A stretch of 48,433 bases of DNA from an uncultured Comamonadaceae bacterium. Lineage in GTDB: Bacteria; Bacteroidota; Bacteroidia; Flavobacteriales_D; Sanyastnellaceae. The first letter of the stretch is position 1, and each line of letters starts with the position of its first letter. The notes beneath the pieces are model-generated. The model saw only the letters and a program-made list of their open reading frames with translations. It was not told where the DNA came from and did not search any database. The position numbers and the translations under genes are program-made. The DNA is taken from the NCBI GenBank assembly GCA_964353035.1, contig CAYGUR010000002.1, positions 1-48,433 on the forward strand, written 5' to 3'. Positions 9,798-19,700 of the stretch are shown one piece after another.

Positions 9798-10804
9798 TAG
9801 TGAATGAGTGTTATAATCCCAGTGATGGGCTCAATGTTAACGTCCAGTGAATTCAATTCAATGACATAGTAATAGGTGGCGGTTGGAAGCTTATTCCCCC
9901 GGTTGGTGCCGTCCCAAGGCTCTTCGTAGCCAATGTCTCTGAACACTTTTTGTCCCCAGCGGGTAAACACGGTGATTTCAGCAAAGGGGAAATCACTGAT
10001 GCCGCTAATTTTCCACAGGTCATTGATTCCATCTCCGTTGGGCGTAATGGTGTTGGGAATGGCAATAGGCGGACCAACAATTACCGTGATGATGTCAGTC
10101 ACCTCACAGTCGCCAACAAATCCCGTTACCACGTAATCAATGGTTTCCTCAGGAAAGGTGATGATGTTATCACCAATAGGCGTGTCTAAAAATGTATTGG
10201 GTGACCACGAATAGCTTTGCGATGCGTTCCCTCCTTCTACGCTCATGTTCGCTGATTCACCTAAGATGATTTGCACATCGCCAGAGACAAACCCGTTGTC
10301 GCCCAAGTAACCAGCAACAATATCAACAGCATCGCCATCAATTTGCACATCAACGCCACAAGGACCATCAAATGGAGTGTGGTTTGTGCCCATTATGACT
10401 AGGTAGTCTGTGTTCGGACTGAGATCGTCGCTTTCAATTTCAAAATCAACCGTGTCTGCAACACAAGGTGACACGGCCACATAGCTTGAGTTCAAGCAGG
10501 GGTCACTCCCTGGGGCCACTTCTACAATCACGGCTTGAATGGTGTCGCTCAAGCCATTCGTGAAACAATCAATTCCATTGAAAGAGACGGTCACGTTGCC
10601 TGGGTTCGCCAAGTTATTGGTTGTAAAGGTGTAGAAGTATGAAAATGTGGCATCAATGCACGCAAAGTTCACAGCATTGGCTGTGGTGATGTTGTCAGGA
10701 TTGTTGACTTCTGCGCACAGGAGCGCTGGGTCATCACAGTTTTGAGCAGTCAAAACGTTGATTTGCAGCGTCACCAATAGTATAAACACAATTAATCTGG
10801 TCAT
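9797..10804 (-). CDS. Secreted protein with a T9SS type-B C-terminal sorting domain and an unrecognised N-terminal domain
   Basis: 335-aa ORF with signal peptide MTRLIVFILLVTLQINVLTAQ. The C-terminus ITPNGDGINDLWKISGISDFPFAEITVFTRWGQKVF...EPWDGTNRGNKLPTATYYYVIEL matches the type-B CTD. Confidence 0.8.
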   Translation of the reverse strand: MTRLIVFILLVTLQINVLTAQNCDDPALLCAEVNNPDNITTANAVNFACIDATFSYFYTFTTNNLANPGNVTVSFNGIDCFTNGLSDTIQAVIVEVAPGSDPCLNSSYVAVSPCVADTVDFEIESDDLSPNTDYLVIMGTNHTPFDGPCGVDVQIDGDAVDIVAGYLGDNGFVSGDVQIILGESANMSVEGGNASQSYSWSPNTFLDTPIGDNIITFPEETIDYVVTGFVGDCEVTDIITVIVGPPIAIPNTITPNGDGINDLWKISGISDFPFAEITVFTRWGQKVFRDIGYEEPWDGTNRGNKLPTATYYYVIELNSLDVNIEPITGIITLIH

Positions 10805-10941
10805 AATGAATGCGGATTGAAGCCCTTATTTCACCAAAGGACTAAAAGTACAATAGGCCACCCCTGCGAAAGCAGAGCAGCCACGATGTTTTTCACACGA
10901 ACATGTGTATACAACGCAAAAAACCTAGAAAGTGGTTGCGC

Positions 10942-11442
10942 TTAGTTTTGAAATTCGATTAGCAGGGCGTTTTTTTCAATCGCATTTCCTTTGACAACGC
11001 CAATTGACTTAATCTCTCCATCGCGTGGCGACTTGATCACGTTTTCCATCTTCATGGCTTCTAGAATCAAGAGCGGCTCATCTTTCGCCACCTGCTGTCC
11101 AGATTCCACAAAGACCTCCAAAACCAGTCCGGGCATTGGTGCTTTGATCTTGCTCAGTACCGCCGTGCTTCCTGGACCCATGCCCATCTTTTCGAGCAGA
11201 AGGTCGAAGTCTTCCTTCAGCTGCACTTCGTACTGATTGCCACGAATGCTAACGGTGACGAGCTTCGTCTTGGTATCAACATGAACCAATTCAACTTCGT
11301 GTTGGTCATGCCCTTCGCGAAGCAACAAACGTCTGTCACTGAGCCATTCCCAACGTACATCGGACTTGATTCCGTCAATCTGAAACTTCTCTCCTTCCTT
11401 GAGCAAATCCAATTCCTTCCTTCCGTTTACGTTGGCTTTCAT
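10942..11442 (-). CDS. Biotin/lipoyl-attachment domain protein (biotin carboxyl carrier-like)
   Basis: 166-aa ORF whose C-terminal ~70 aa carry the biotinyl-lysine motif LEAMKMEN in a typical hammerhead context (APMPGLV...GQQV..DEPLLILEAMKMENVIKSP.DG.I). Confidence 0.8.
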   Translation of the reverse strand: MKANVNGRKELDLLKEGEKFQIDGIKSDVRWEWLSDRRLLLREGHDQHEVELVHVDTKTKLVTVSIRGNQYEVQLKEDFDLLLEKMGMGPGSTAVLSKIKAPMPGLVLEVFVESGQQVAKDEPLLILEAMKMENVIKSPRDGEIKSIGVVKGNAIEKNALLIEFQN

Positions 11443-11525
11443 GCGTGCTGTAATTAAAATACACCGCTAAGCTAGCCAAAAACGCCGTTGGTTGCTACAC
11501 CTGTTGTTTGCAAAGTCCCTTGCAT

Positions 11526-11533
11526 TACCTTTG
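11526..11533 (+). promoter_or_regulatory. Bacteroidota-type -7 promoter box (TAnnTTTG), candidate promoter of the M1 peptidase gene
   Basis: Exact TACCTTTG sits 12 nt upstream of the ATG at 11545, and a TTTG is present at 11507-11510. This is a motif match only. Confidence 0.35.
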
Positions 11534-11544
11534 TCGCAATCTGA

Positions 11545-14130
11545 ATGAACATGAATAGACTATCTGTCCTCGTACTTGCTCTGTGCGCATTGGCGTCCTG
11601 CAAAACAACCGAAAGCATTCCCGTTGAAGCGCCTGTTATCATTGATCTGGAAACAGCTGAAGTGGTGCCTGAAAAGAAGGTGTACCGTCCTACTGAGATT
11701 AAGGTACACGACCTGATTCACACCAAGTTAGATGTGTCTTTCGATTGGCAAAAGCAGTACCTCTTGGGAACAGCAGAACTCACATTAAAACCGTATTTCT
11801 ATCCTTCTGATCGGTTGATGCTTGATGCCAAGGGGATGGACATTAACACGGTTGAAATGGTGAATGACGAAGGAGTTCAAACATTGGCCTTCACGTATGA
11901 TTCTGCCTTCATTGACATTGACCTCGGGAAGAAATTCACACGCTTCGAAAACTACACCATTCGCATTGACTATGTAGCCAAACCAAATGAATACAAGGCC
12001 CAAGGAAGCGATGCCATTTCTGACGCGAAAGGACTCTATTTCATCAATCCTGACAGTTCTGAAGTGGGCAAACCAACGCAGCTGTGGACACAGGGCGAAA
12101 CAGAAGCGAGCTCTGTGTGGTTTCCCACCATTGACACCCCTGCTGAACGCATGACCCAAGAAATCTTCATTACCACCAGCAAAGATTTTCAGACGCTCTC
12201 AAACGGACAGCTCGTGTACAGCAACTTTAACGATGACAACACGCGAACCGACTACTGGAAGCAAGACCTTGCGCACCCTCCGTACCTAGTGATGATGGCC
12301 GTGGGCGACTTTAAAGTTGGAAGAGATGAGTGGCAAGACTCAAAAGGGCGTGTGGTACCGGTAGATTATTACATTGAACCGGACTACGCAGATTACGTTT
12401 TCCAGATTTTCGGCAACACCCCCGAAATGATGACCTTCTACTCTCAACTGCTAAATTATGACTACCCCTGGGACAAGTACGCACAAATTGTAGTGCGTGA
12501 TTATGTGTCTGGTGCCATGGAAAACACCACCGCCACCGTCCACGGTGAATTCTTGAACCAAACAAGCAGAGAGCTCCTTGATGACAACAACGAAGCGGTG
12601 ATTGCACACGAATTGTTTCACCACTGGTTTGGCGATTTAGTTACCTGCGAAAGCTGGTCGCATCTTCCGCTCAATGAGTCCTTCGCTACCTATGGTGAAT
12701 ACCTCTGGTTTGAATACAAATACGGCGAAGATGAGGCTGACTACCACAGCTGGCAGTCTTTGCAGGGCTATTTGAATGAGTCGCGCTACAAGCGGGTTCC
12801 TCTGATTCGTTTTGATTATGACGACAAAGAAGACATGTTTGATGCGCACTCTTACAACAAGGGCGGACAGATCTTGCACATGCTTCGCGGCATTGTAGGA
12901 GACCAAGCGTTCTTCACAGCCCTCAACCTCTACTTGAACAACAACCAATTCAAAGACGCTGAAGTAGCTGACCTTCGCCTTGCTTTTGAAGAGACAACGG
13001 GGATGGACTTAAACTGGTTCTTTGATCAGTGGTTCCTGCAAGCCGGACACCCAGAGTTGGACATCACCTATTTCTTTGATGACGAAACCCTGCAGCAACA
13101 GGTGGTCATCACACAAACACAAGACCTCGAGGCCTACCCTGTTTTTCAACTGCCCATCACCATTGATTTGCACGTAGGTGATCAGGTGCTGCGCGAAGAA
13201 GTGATGGTTACAGAATATGAGCAACTTTTCACCTTCGATGTTCCCTCCAAGCCAGAGTGGATTGATGTGGATCCAGAGAAAACGCTGTTGGCGGTGGTGA
13301 ATGACCTTAGGCCGAAGGAAACCTACAAGCAGCAATACGCCGCAAAGGGGAATTTTAAAAGTCGTTTTGAAGCGCTTCGCGAAGCAGGTGAAGAAGAAGG
13401 CAACGAGCTCTACGCCATCCTCGAAAGCGGACTGCAAGACGATTTCTGGTTTATTCGGGCGAAGGCCATTGACTTCCTCTCGGAAAAAGACAGCATCAGC
13501 GACCTCGCTCTTGAACGCATTCAAAGCCTGGTTGTGAATGATTCGAAAACCTATACACAGGCTACAGCACTTGAGTTTATGGGTGAATATGCACCTGAAA
13601 AACTAGATGAGCAGTTCCTGTTGGACTGCATCAATAAGGCGCAATCTTATTATGTGAATGCTGCTGCGCTCCACGCACTCTCTATGAAGAGTCCAGACAA
13701 AGCCATTGCTGAAGCTGCGAAGTATGAAAATACAGATAACACAGATGTCCTGCTGGCAGTGGCTGATGTGTACCTTGAAACGAAGGCTGCTGCTGGTCAG
13801 TCGTTCTTCGAAACCCAAATTAGAAAGAATCAAGGCTACGCGAAGTACTTGTTGCTGGTGCGCTACCAATCTTACTTGAATAGATTAGACATCAGCGCAT
13901 CTGAGCCAGTTGTGAATATGGTAACTGAAATCGCTGAGGGTGATGATCCGTGGTGGGTGAAAATGAATGCATACCGATTGTTAGGTGATGTGAAAATGAG
14001 GCTCACTGCTGAGCAAAGCACAACTGGCACTGCAGACCCGTTGCTTGAAAGAGTGAATATGGCGCTCAGTAAAATCAACGAGATGGAAGTGAATCCGAGG
14101 TTGAAACAGGTGCTTCAAGATTACAACTAG
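11545..14130 (+). CDS. M1-family zinc aminopeptidase (aminopeptidase N-like)
   Basis: 861-aa ORF with signal/lipoprotein-like start (LALCALASC). It carries the exopeptidase motif GAMEN (VSGAMENTT), the zinc motif HELFHHWFGD and the downstream glutamate in LNESFATYGE. Confidence 0.92.
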   Translation: MNMNRLSVLVLALCALASCKTTESIPVEAPVIIDLETAEVVPEKKVYRPTEIKVHDLIHTKLDVSFDWQKQYLLGTAELTLKPYFYPSDRLMLDAKGMDINTVEMVNDEGVQTLAFTYDSAFIDIDLGKKFTRFENYTIRIDYVAKPNEYKAQGSDAISDAKGLYFINPDSSEVGKPTQLWTQGETEASSVWFPTIDTPAERMTQEIFITTSKDFQTLSNGQLVYSNFNDDNTRTDYWKQDLAHPPYLVMMAVGDFKVGRDEWQDSKGRVVPVDYYIEPDYADYVFQIFGNTPEMMTFYSQLLNYDYPWDKYAQIVVRDYVSGAMENTTATVHGEFLNQTSRELLDDNNEAVIAHELFHHWFGDLVTCESWSHLPLNESFATYGEYLWFEYKYGEDEADYHSWQSLQGYLNESRYKRVPLIRFDYDDKEDMFDAHSYNKGGQILHMLRGIVGDQAFFTALNLYLNNNQFKDAEVADLRLAFEETTGMDLNWFFDQWFLQAGHPELDITYFFDDETLQQQVVITQTQDLEAYPVFQLPITIDLHVGDQVLREEVMVTEYEQLFTFDVPSKPEWIDVDPEKTLLAVVNDLRPKETYKQQYAAKGNFKSRFEALREAGEEEGNELYAILESGLQDDFWFIRAKAIDFLSEKDSISDLALERIQSLVVNDSKTYTQATALEFMGEYAPEKLDEQFLLDCINKAQSYYVNAAALHALSMKSPDKAIAEAAKYENTDNTDVLLAVADVYLETKAAAGQSFFETQIRKNQGYAKYLLLVRYQSYLNRLDISASEPVVNMVTEIAEGDDPWWVKMNAYRLLGDVKMRLTAEQSTTGTADPLLERVNMALSKINEMEVNPRLKQVLQDYN

Positions 14131-15257
14131 TGGCGGGCATTTACTTCCATATCCCCTACTGCAAACAAGCGTGTCACTACTGTGACTTCCACTTTTCTAC
14201 CGTGCTGAACACGCGTGAAGAAATGGTAGAGGCCATGCTTCGCGAAGTGGAAAGTAGGTCGTCCGAATTGGCATCGGCAGAAATACAGTCTGTCTACTTC
14301 GGTGGAGGCACACCTTCCATCCTTTCTGTCCAGCAAATTGATGCCTTGCTTTCGAAGGTGCGAAGTTCGTTTGCGCTTGCTGAAGGAGCTGAAATCACCT
14401 TGGAGGCCAATCCTGACGACCTTTCGCCCACAGCCCTGCAAGACTGGAAAGACATCGGCATCAACCGTTTGAGCATCGGTTTGCAATCATTTCACAACGA
14501 AGATTTGACATGGATGAATCGCGCCCACAACAGCGAAGAAGCATTGAATGCAGTGTGGGAGGCACGTGAAGTGGGCTTTGAAAACCTCACAGTAGACCTC
14601 ATCTACGGACTACCAACTTGGAAGGGGGATGAGTGGCAGCAAAACCTCGAAGAACTGAAAAAGCTGAATGTTCCGCACTTTTCTGCCTACATCCTAACCG
14701 TGGAAGAAAAAACAGCGCTGGGCGTGAATGTGAGCAAAGGTTTGGAGCGTGTGGCATCTGACCAGCAGATAGAAGAGGAATACCTGCAGCTAACGAATTT
14801 CGCCAAAGAGCAGGGGTACGAACACTATGAGGTTTCGAACTTCGCCCTTGCTGGAAATCGCTCAAGGCACAATGGCAACTACTGGAAAGGTGCGCCCTAC
14901 CTCGGTATTGGGCCAGGCGCACACTCTTTCGACGGGAAACAACGCAGGTGGAATGTCTCCAACAACAACATTTATATAAAGTCGCTTAAGTCAGACGCCA
15001 GCTATTTTGAAACCGAAGACCTCAGTAGGTTCGACCAGTACAATGAGCACATCATGACCCGACTCAGAACGGCTGAAGGCATTGACCTGGAAGAGTGTAA
15101 ATCGCTGTATGGGTTACGTCCAGACGAAGTGGAGCCCCTCTTTTGGAATGATTTAATTGAAGAGGGCAAACTCATTGGCATCAACGGTCGGTTTCGTGTG
15201 ACCGAAGCCGCTTGGTTGGTCTCAGACCGGATTGCTTCCGATTTGTTTGCGATTTGA
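14130..15257 (+). CDS. hemW: Radical SAM heme chaperone HemW (oxygen-independent coproporphyrinogen-III oxidase-like)
   Basis: 375-aa ORF with a GTG start overlapping the upstream stop by 1 nt. It has the radical-SAM cluster motif IPYCKQACHYCDF (CX3CX2C) and a HemN-like C-terminal domain. Confidence 0.85.
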   Translation: MAGIYFHIPYCKQACHYCDFHFSTVLNTREEMVEAMLREVESRSSELASAEIQSVYFGGGTPSILSVQQIDALLSKVRSSFALAEGAEITLEANPDDLSPTALQDWKDIGINRLSIGLQSFHNEDLTWMNRAHNSEEALNAVWEAREVGFENLTVDLIYGLPTWKGDEWQQNLEELKKLNVPHFSAYILTVEEKTALGVNVSKGLERVASDQQIEEEYLQLTNFAKEQGYEHYEVSNFALAGNRSRHNGNYWKGAPYLGIGPGAHSFDGKQRRWNVSNNNIYIKSLKSDASYFETEDLSRFDQYNEHIMTRLRTAEGIDLEECKSLYGLRPDEVEPLFWNDLIEEGKLIGINGRFRVTEAAWLVSDRIASDLFAI

Positions 15258-16121
15258 CCTTCGTTTCAACGCCGCATCTGCAAAAATAGCTCCCAGAATG
15301 ATGACTGCACCAATGTAGAACTGTGGAGTCATCTTTTCTTCATCGCCAAAAATCACCAGCGCCAGAAGAATTGAATAAATGGGCTCTAGGTTGATGGAAA
15401 TGGCCACGGTGAAAGGTGTTAAGACCTTCATCACTTCTACGCTCACCACAAATGCAAAGGCTGTAGCCACAGTTCCTAAAAGAACAATGTACACCCAGTC
15501 AGAGGTAGAAAGCTGGATCATTTCAGCACTCACCTTTCCGCTTAGCGCCAGGTAAATGAATGTTCCTACCATCGCCGCTGAAAGCTCATAGAATGAAATG
15601 TTCAGAGCGTCGTACTTCCTGATTTCTAGTGAATTTAACACCGAAAACAGTCCGGCCAAGAACGCAGAGATCAAGGCCAGCACAATGCCCAAACGGTATG
15701 AGGTTTCAAAGCTGAAAATGAACACCAAACCTACAATGACCAGAACGCCTAGGACAATTTCCTTTGGGTCAATGCGCTTTTTGTGAAAGAACGGTTCTAA
15801 GAAAGAAACGAACAACGACGCTGAGGCCAATGTAGCCAGTGCCACACTCACGGTTGAGACTTTGATGGAGCCGAAGAAGGTCACCCAATGCGCGGCCGTG
15901 ATCAACCCAATTCCAGCGAAACCTGCCAAGGTTTTCAGTCGGTATTTTCGAACAGACTTTTGCGCTGCCATGAAAATACCAAGGGCAACGGCAGCTATGG
16001 CACAACGCCAGAACACCAAGGGAACCGCATCAATGGAGATGAGCTTTCCTAGAATGCCTGTAAATCCAAAAATCAAGATGATTAAATGGAGCAGGAAGAG
16101 GTTCTTAGTTCTGGTGTTCAT
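15222..16121 (-). CDS. EamA/DMT-family transporter
   Basis: Polytopic membrane ORF with about 10 hydrophobic helices arranged as two EamA-like halves. The start is taken at MNTRTKNLFLLH (16121); an alternative upstream ATG lies at 16160. The 3' end overlaps the convergent hemW by 36 nt. Confidence 0.7.
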   Translation of the reverse strand: MNTRTKNLFLLHLIILIFGFTGILGKLISIDAVPLVFWRCAIAAVALGIFMAAQKSVRKYRLKTLAGFAGIGLITAAHWVTFFGSIKVSTVSVALATLASASLFVSFLEPFFHKKRIDPKEIVLGVLVIVGLVFIFSFETSYRLGIVLALISAFLAGLFSVLNSLEIRKYDALNISFYELSAAMVGTFIYLALSGKVSAEMIQLSTSDWVYIVLLGTVATAFAFVVSVEVMKVLTPFTVAISINLEPIYSILLALVIFGDEEKMTPQFYIGAVIILGAIFADAALKRRSNRKQIGSNPV

Positions 16122-16704
16122 CGTCCTCTTCGTCAAAATCAACAACGCCACCAGAAACAATGTACTTCATCACGTCTGCAGAATTCTTGTCTATGGGTGT
16201 GATCCGGTTCTTCGGCACAATCCACAAATTTCCAGTGTAAGTGTAGCTATGCGGAAAATACACGCCCACTTTGTCGTGCGATTGGTCAAGCAGACTCAGG
16301 TCTTCATCTGTAACAAAACCAATGCGCTCCAAATCAGACTCATTCGACATTTTGACCAAAACAGGTCTGTTGAAGCGCTTCTTTTGTCCAACAAAGGCGC
16401 TCAGCAAATCTGTAATCGATGAGTAAAGTGTTTTCACCAGCGGAATTCGCTCAATAAGAGTGTGGAACCAATTCCGGATGGGTTGCGCCACGAAGGTGCT
16501 TCCTAAATACCCAATGGCTGTGATCACAATCAGTAACACAAGAATCCCTGAGCCTGGAAACCGTCGGTCAACAGGTAAGAGGCCATCAAAAAAGTTGAAT
16601 AGCTGATACACAATAAAAATTGTGATCACCAACGGCACAGAGAATATGAGTCCGTTCAAAAAGAAACCTAAAAACTTCCTCAACATAACAACTGGTTTTA
16701 ACAA
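16105..16704 (-). CDS. DUF502-family membrane protein
   Basis: 199-aa ORF with two N-terminal TM helices followed by a soluble domain, which is the size and topology typical of DUF502. The family call is from memory of that architecture. Confidence 0.55.
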   Translation of the reverse strand: MLKPVVMLRKFLGFFLNGLIFSVPLVITIFIVYQLFNFFDGLLPVDRRFPGSGILVLLIVITAIGYLGSTFVAQPIRNWFHTLIERIPLVKTLYSSITDLLSAFVGQKKRFNRPVLVKMSNESDLERIGFVTDEDLSLLDQSHDKVGVYFPHSYTYTGNLWIVPKNRITPIDKNSADVMKYIVSGGVVDFDEEDDEHQN

Positions 16705-16770
16705 AGAAACAACAGCGTGAATGAACTAGTATGCATCACCCAGAATCATTTCAACACACAAAGGTCAGCA

Positions 16771-19700
16771 TTACTGCTTTACGAAGCGCATTCCTTTGGT
16801 GCCGTTCTCAAATGTGGCTGTTAATACGTAGCTTCCTGCTGCTAAGCCTTGAACATCAAGTGTTACAGCTGTTTTTCCTCCGTTCAAACTCTGCTCTTGA
16901 ACTTTGCGTCCTGCTAAATCATAGATTGCCACATGGGTGATAGTAGACCCGCTTTGTAAATGCAGGAGGTCGTTGGCTGGAACGGGATAGATGTTCAAGG
17001 TGTGAAGTTCGAGTTCGTCTACTCCTACGTTCACATCTACCTCAAACGTGAACTGATCGTTGCAGGTAGAATTGAATGCGGTAAGGGTCACGGTAAACGA
17101 CTCCACAGAGTTGAACACAGTTGTAGGCTCAAATTCATCACTCGTAACTCCGTTGCCAAAGTTCCACAGATAAGAAGTAGCGCCTTCGCTCAAGTTGGTG
17201 AAGGTCACGTTTTCTCCAATGATGATGACTGATGGCGCCTCAAAGTTCGCGGTCACCGGCTCTGATATGTCATCTAGGTAACGCGGTTGTAATTGATATC
17301 CATCGTCGTACGGCGACGAAGAATCAAACTGACCACCGATGCCACTCACAGAGAACACACCTACAGGAGCGTCTGTACCGAAAATGTCTGAATCTGCATC
17401 GATGCGCAAATCAAACTCTGATGTCCCGTCAGTTACAGTAACGGTGAACCCTGGGCCTTCATTCGTCCACTCCGACAAATCAACGATTTCAACACATTTC
17501 AACTCAACCATTTGAGACTCTGTTGTTTCGTCTAGCTCGCCCACCAACTCTGGTTCATTCAATTCATTGTCTTGTGAAATCAAATACACCGTGTCTGCCA
17601 CAAGTTGTGTCAGTCCGTTGAACTGATCAATGATACCTGTAACGTGAATACTGTCTCCCTCTACAACTGTGTAGTCAAAGTTGTTGGTTGCATTGTAAAT
17701 GTTGATGCCGTCTGTTGCATCAATCAAGGTAAATTGAAGTCCTTCTGGTGTGGTGTTTAGTCCGTGTACAATCCCGCGCAACTCACACAGCACATTCAAA
17801 GAGTCTGCTTCAAAGCTTTCAGTATTCCCTGAAACTTCTTCGATGGAATAGAGCGGAATGTCTTGGTCACTTGGTAAGATGTTTACAACCATCTCTGTGT
17901 TTAGCAAAGTCACGTCAGTCAATGCTTCTAGCTCCAGAATAATAGTCTCTCCTGGCTCCAAATCAGGATCATCAACTGTGAGGAAGGAAAAACTCTGTGA
18001 AGCGAATTCGCCTTCAGGAAAGTCTAAGACTACCGGAAAGACATCTTCAAAGTCATCTATCAATGTTGCGGTTCCACCCACATAATTCACCTGTACTTGA
18101 GAGGCTACAATTGGGAAGGCCACATTGACCACCACATTCACGATGTTACCTTCGTTGACGTTCATAGTTGTTGTGGCGAAGCCTACCGAAGGTTCTTCGT
18201 TGTAGTCACAAGGGATAATGCTGTGTTCACCTAGGAAATCAAAGGTGTCAACAGAGTATACATCCCACTGTTCTGCAACAACAGACCAGTTGGCGTTTCC
18301 TTCAGTGACGGTAATTTGGCGCACTAAGGTGTGCTCTGCAAGGCTCCCTTCGCCATTGCTCACCTCCCACGGATTGGATTTTCCTGGATCTTGTCCGATG
18401 ATGCCGATGGCGTCAATAATTTCTCCATTGTTTCTTAGCACTGTAGCATCGTTTCCGTTGTACAGCGTCACGTTGCTTGTAATGTCAGCAAGTGCCAGCA
18501 GAGGAGCAACGGCAGTAGAGTTCACAATCACATAGGTTGCGCCTGAGGCCAAGGTGCCGCTCAATTGTAGGCTATTCTGCGCCACAGCGCTTCCGTCATT
18601 GTAGGTTTGAATGGTGTAGTTCGAAAGATCTACGTCAAAAGGAGTAGGGTTGTAAAGCTCAAGCGCTTTGTTGGAGCTGTTTCCTTCCACATATTCTGAA
18701 AAGAACAAATCACTGCAACTTGCACTTCCTTCGCACAGCACCTTTTCAATTTCAATGGCATTGGATGAAAGTGAACCACACGCTGTTGCTTGCACTTGGT
18801 TCACAGGATCACCTGCTTCAAGCGTTGAGGTCACCAAGTCTCCTAAGTAGCTGTAGCCATATATAAAACACGTGGCTTCTTCCACCCCACCGAAATCATA
18901 TTCGATGTCGTTCACGTACTCAATCACTTGACTGTTCTCATCTGTAATGATGTAGATGTAAGATGCATCTGGTGCTTCAGTTGCGAAGTCAAGAGTTACC
19001 GCAGTATTCCCTGAGTCAAGACAGACAATGACCGGCGCAGTGCCGTTGTCAGAGGAAACGGTTCCGCCATCGCAATCTGGAGCAAGGCAGGTAATCTTTT
19101 CTACGGTAAGGAAGTTCGATGAAGGGAACGCACATTCACCAGCCACAATGCCGCTCAGTGGTTGGCCCGGCTCTAAAGTTGTTTCGTCCAAATCACCGCT
19201 GTATGAAAGTCCCCAAACACGACAAATACCGACATCTAGTCCGGTGAAGTCATATTCAGGGTCCACAGCCGTTGCTTCAATCACATTTGATTCATTGGTG
19301 ATAACCCATAGGTATTCAGCTGGGTCAGCGGTGGTGTTGGCCGTGAACTCTAGAAAAGCTTCGTTCAAATCAACGCAGGCCTGCTCCGTTGTTCCGCCCT
19401 CAGCGAATTCGATTGTTCCGCCATCGCACTGAAGCACATTGGTATACCCTGGAGTTGGCACCTGTGCTACATAGGTTTCTGTAATCAGCGGTGTTCCGCC
19501 GTCAGGAATTCTCGCCATGGATTCTCCTCCTGAGTTGCCGTTGGCTGACTCATCAACTTGTGTTTGTTCAGGCTCTAGTAGTGTCAACAAACCAGCGTCA
19601 TCATTGTCGTTCGTGCCATATACCATAGCGTCAATCAGGTTGATGAAGGTAAGATCTGTTCCTGTCGGGAAGTCAGTTGCGTCTCCAAGGTAAATTGCAA

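Noticed and set aside
10805-10941. Hairpin CTGC-gaaa-GCAG and a weak AACC/GGTT stem near a T-run, considered as a terminator or leader structure between the biotin-carrier gene and the T9SS locus
   Set aside because: The stems are only 4-6 bp and are not followed by a convincing U tract in the relevant orientation, so there is insufficient support to call a feature.
13009-13524. 171-aa minus-strand ORF inside the M1 aminopeptidase gene
   Set aside because: It is antisense to a well-supported CDS with catalytic motifs and has no recognisable features.
15222-15257. 36-nt overlap of the convergent hemW and EamA genes, and 17-nt overlap of DUF502 and EamA (16105-16121)
   Set aside because: Short 3' overlaps of this size are common in compact genomes and there is no evidence of frameshift or fusion. 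The overlap depends partly on uncertain start or stop-proximal residues.
15862-16422. 186-aa + strand ORF
   Set aside because: It is entirely antisense to the EamA transporter and DUF502 genes, and its composition reflects the reverse complement of hydrophobic codons. No motif is present.
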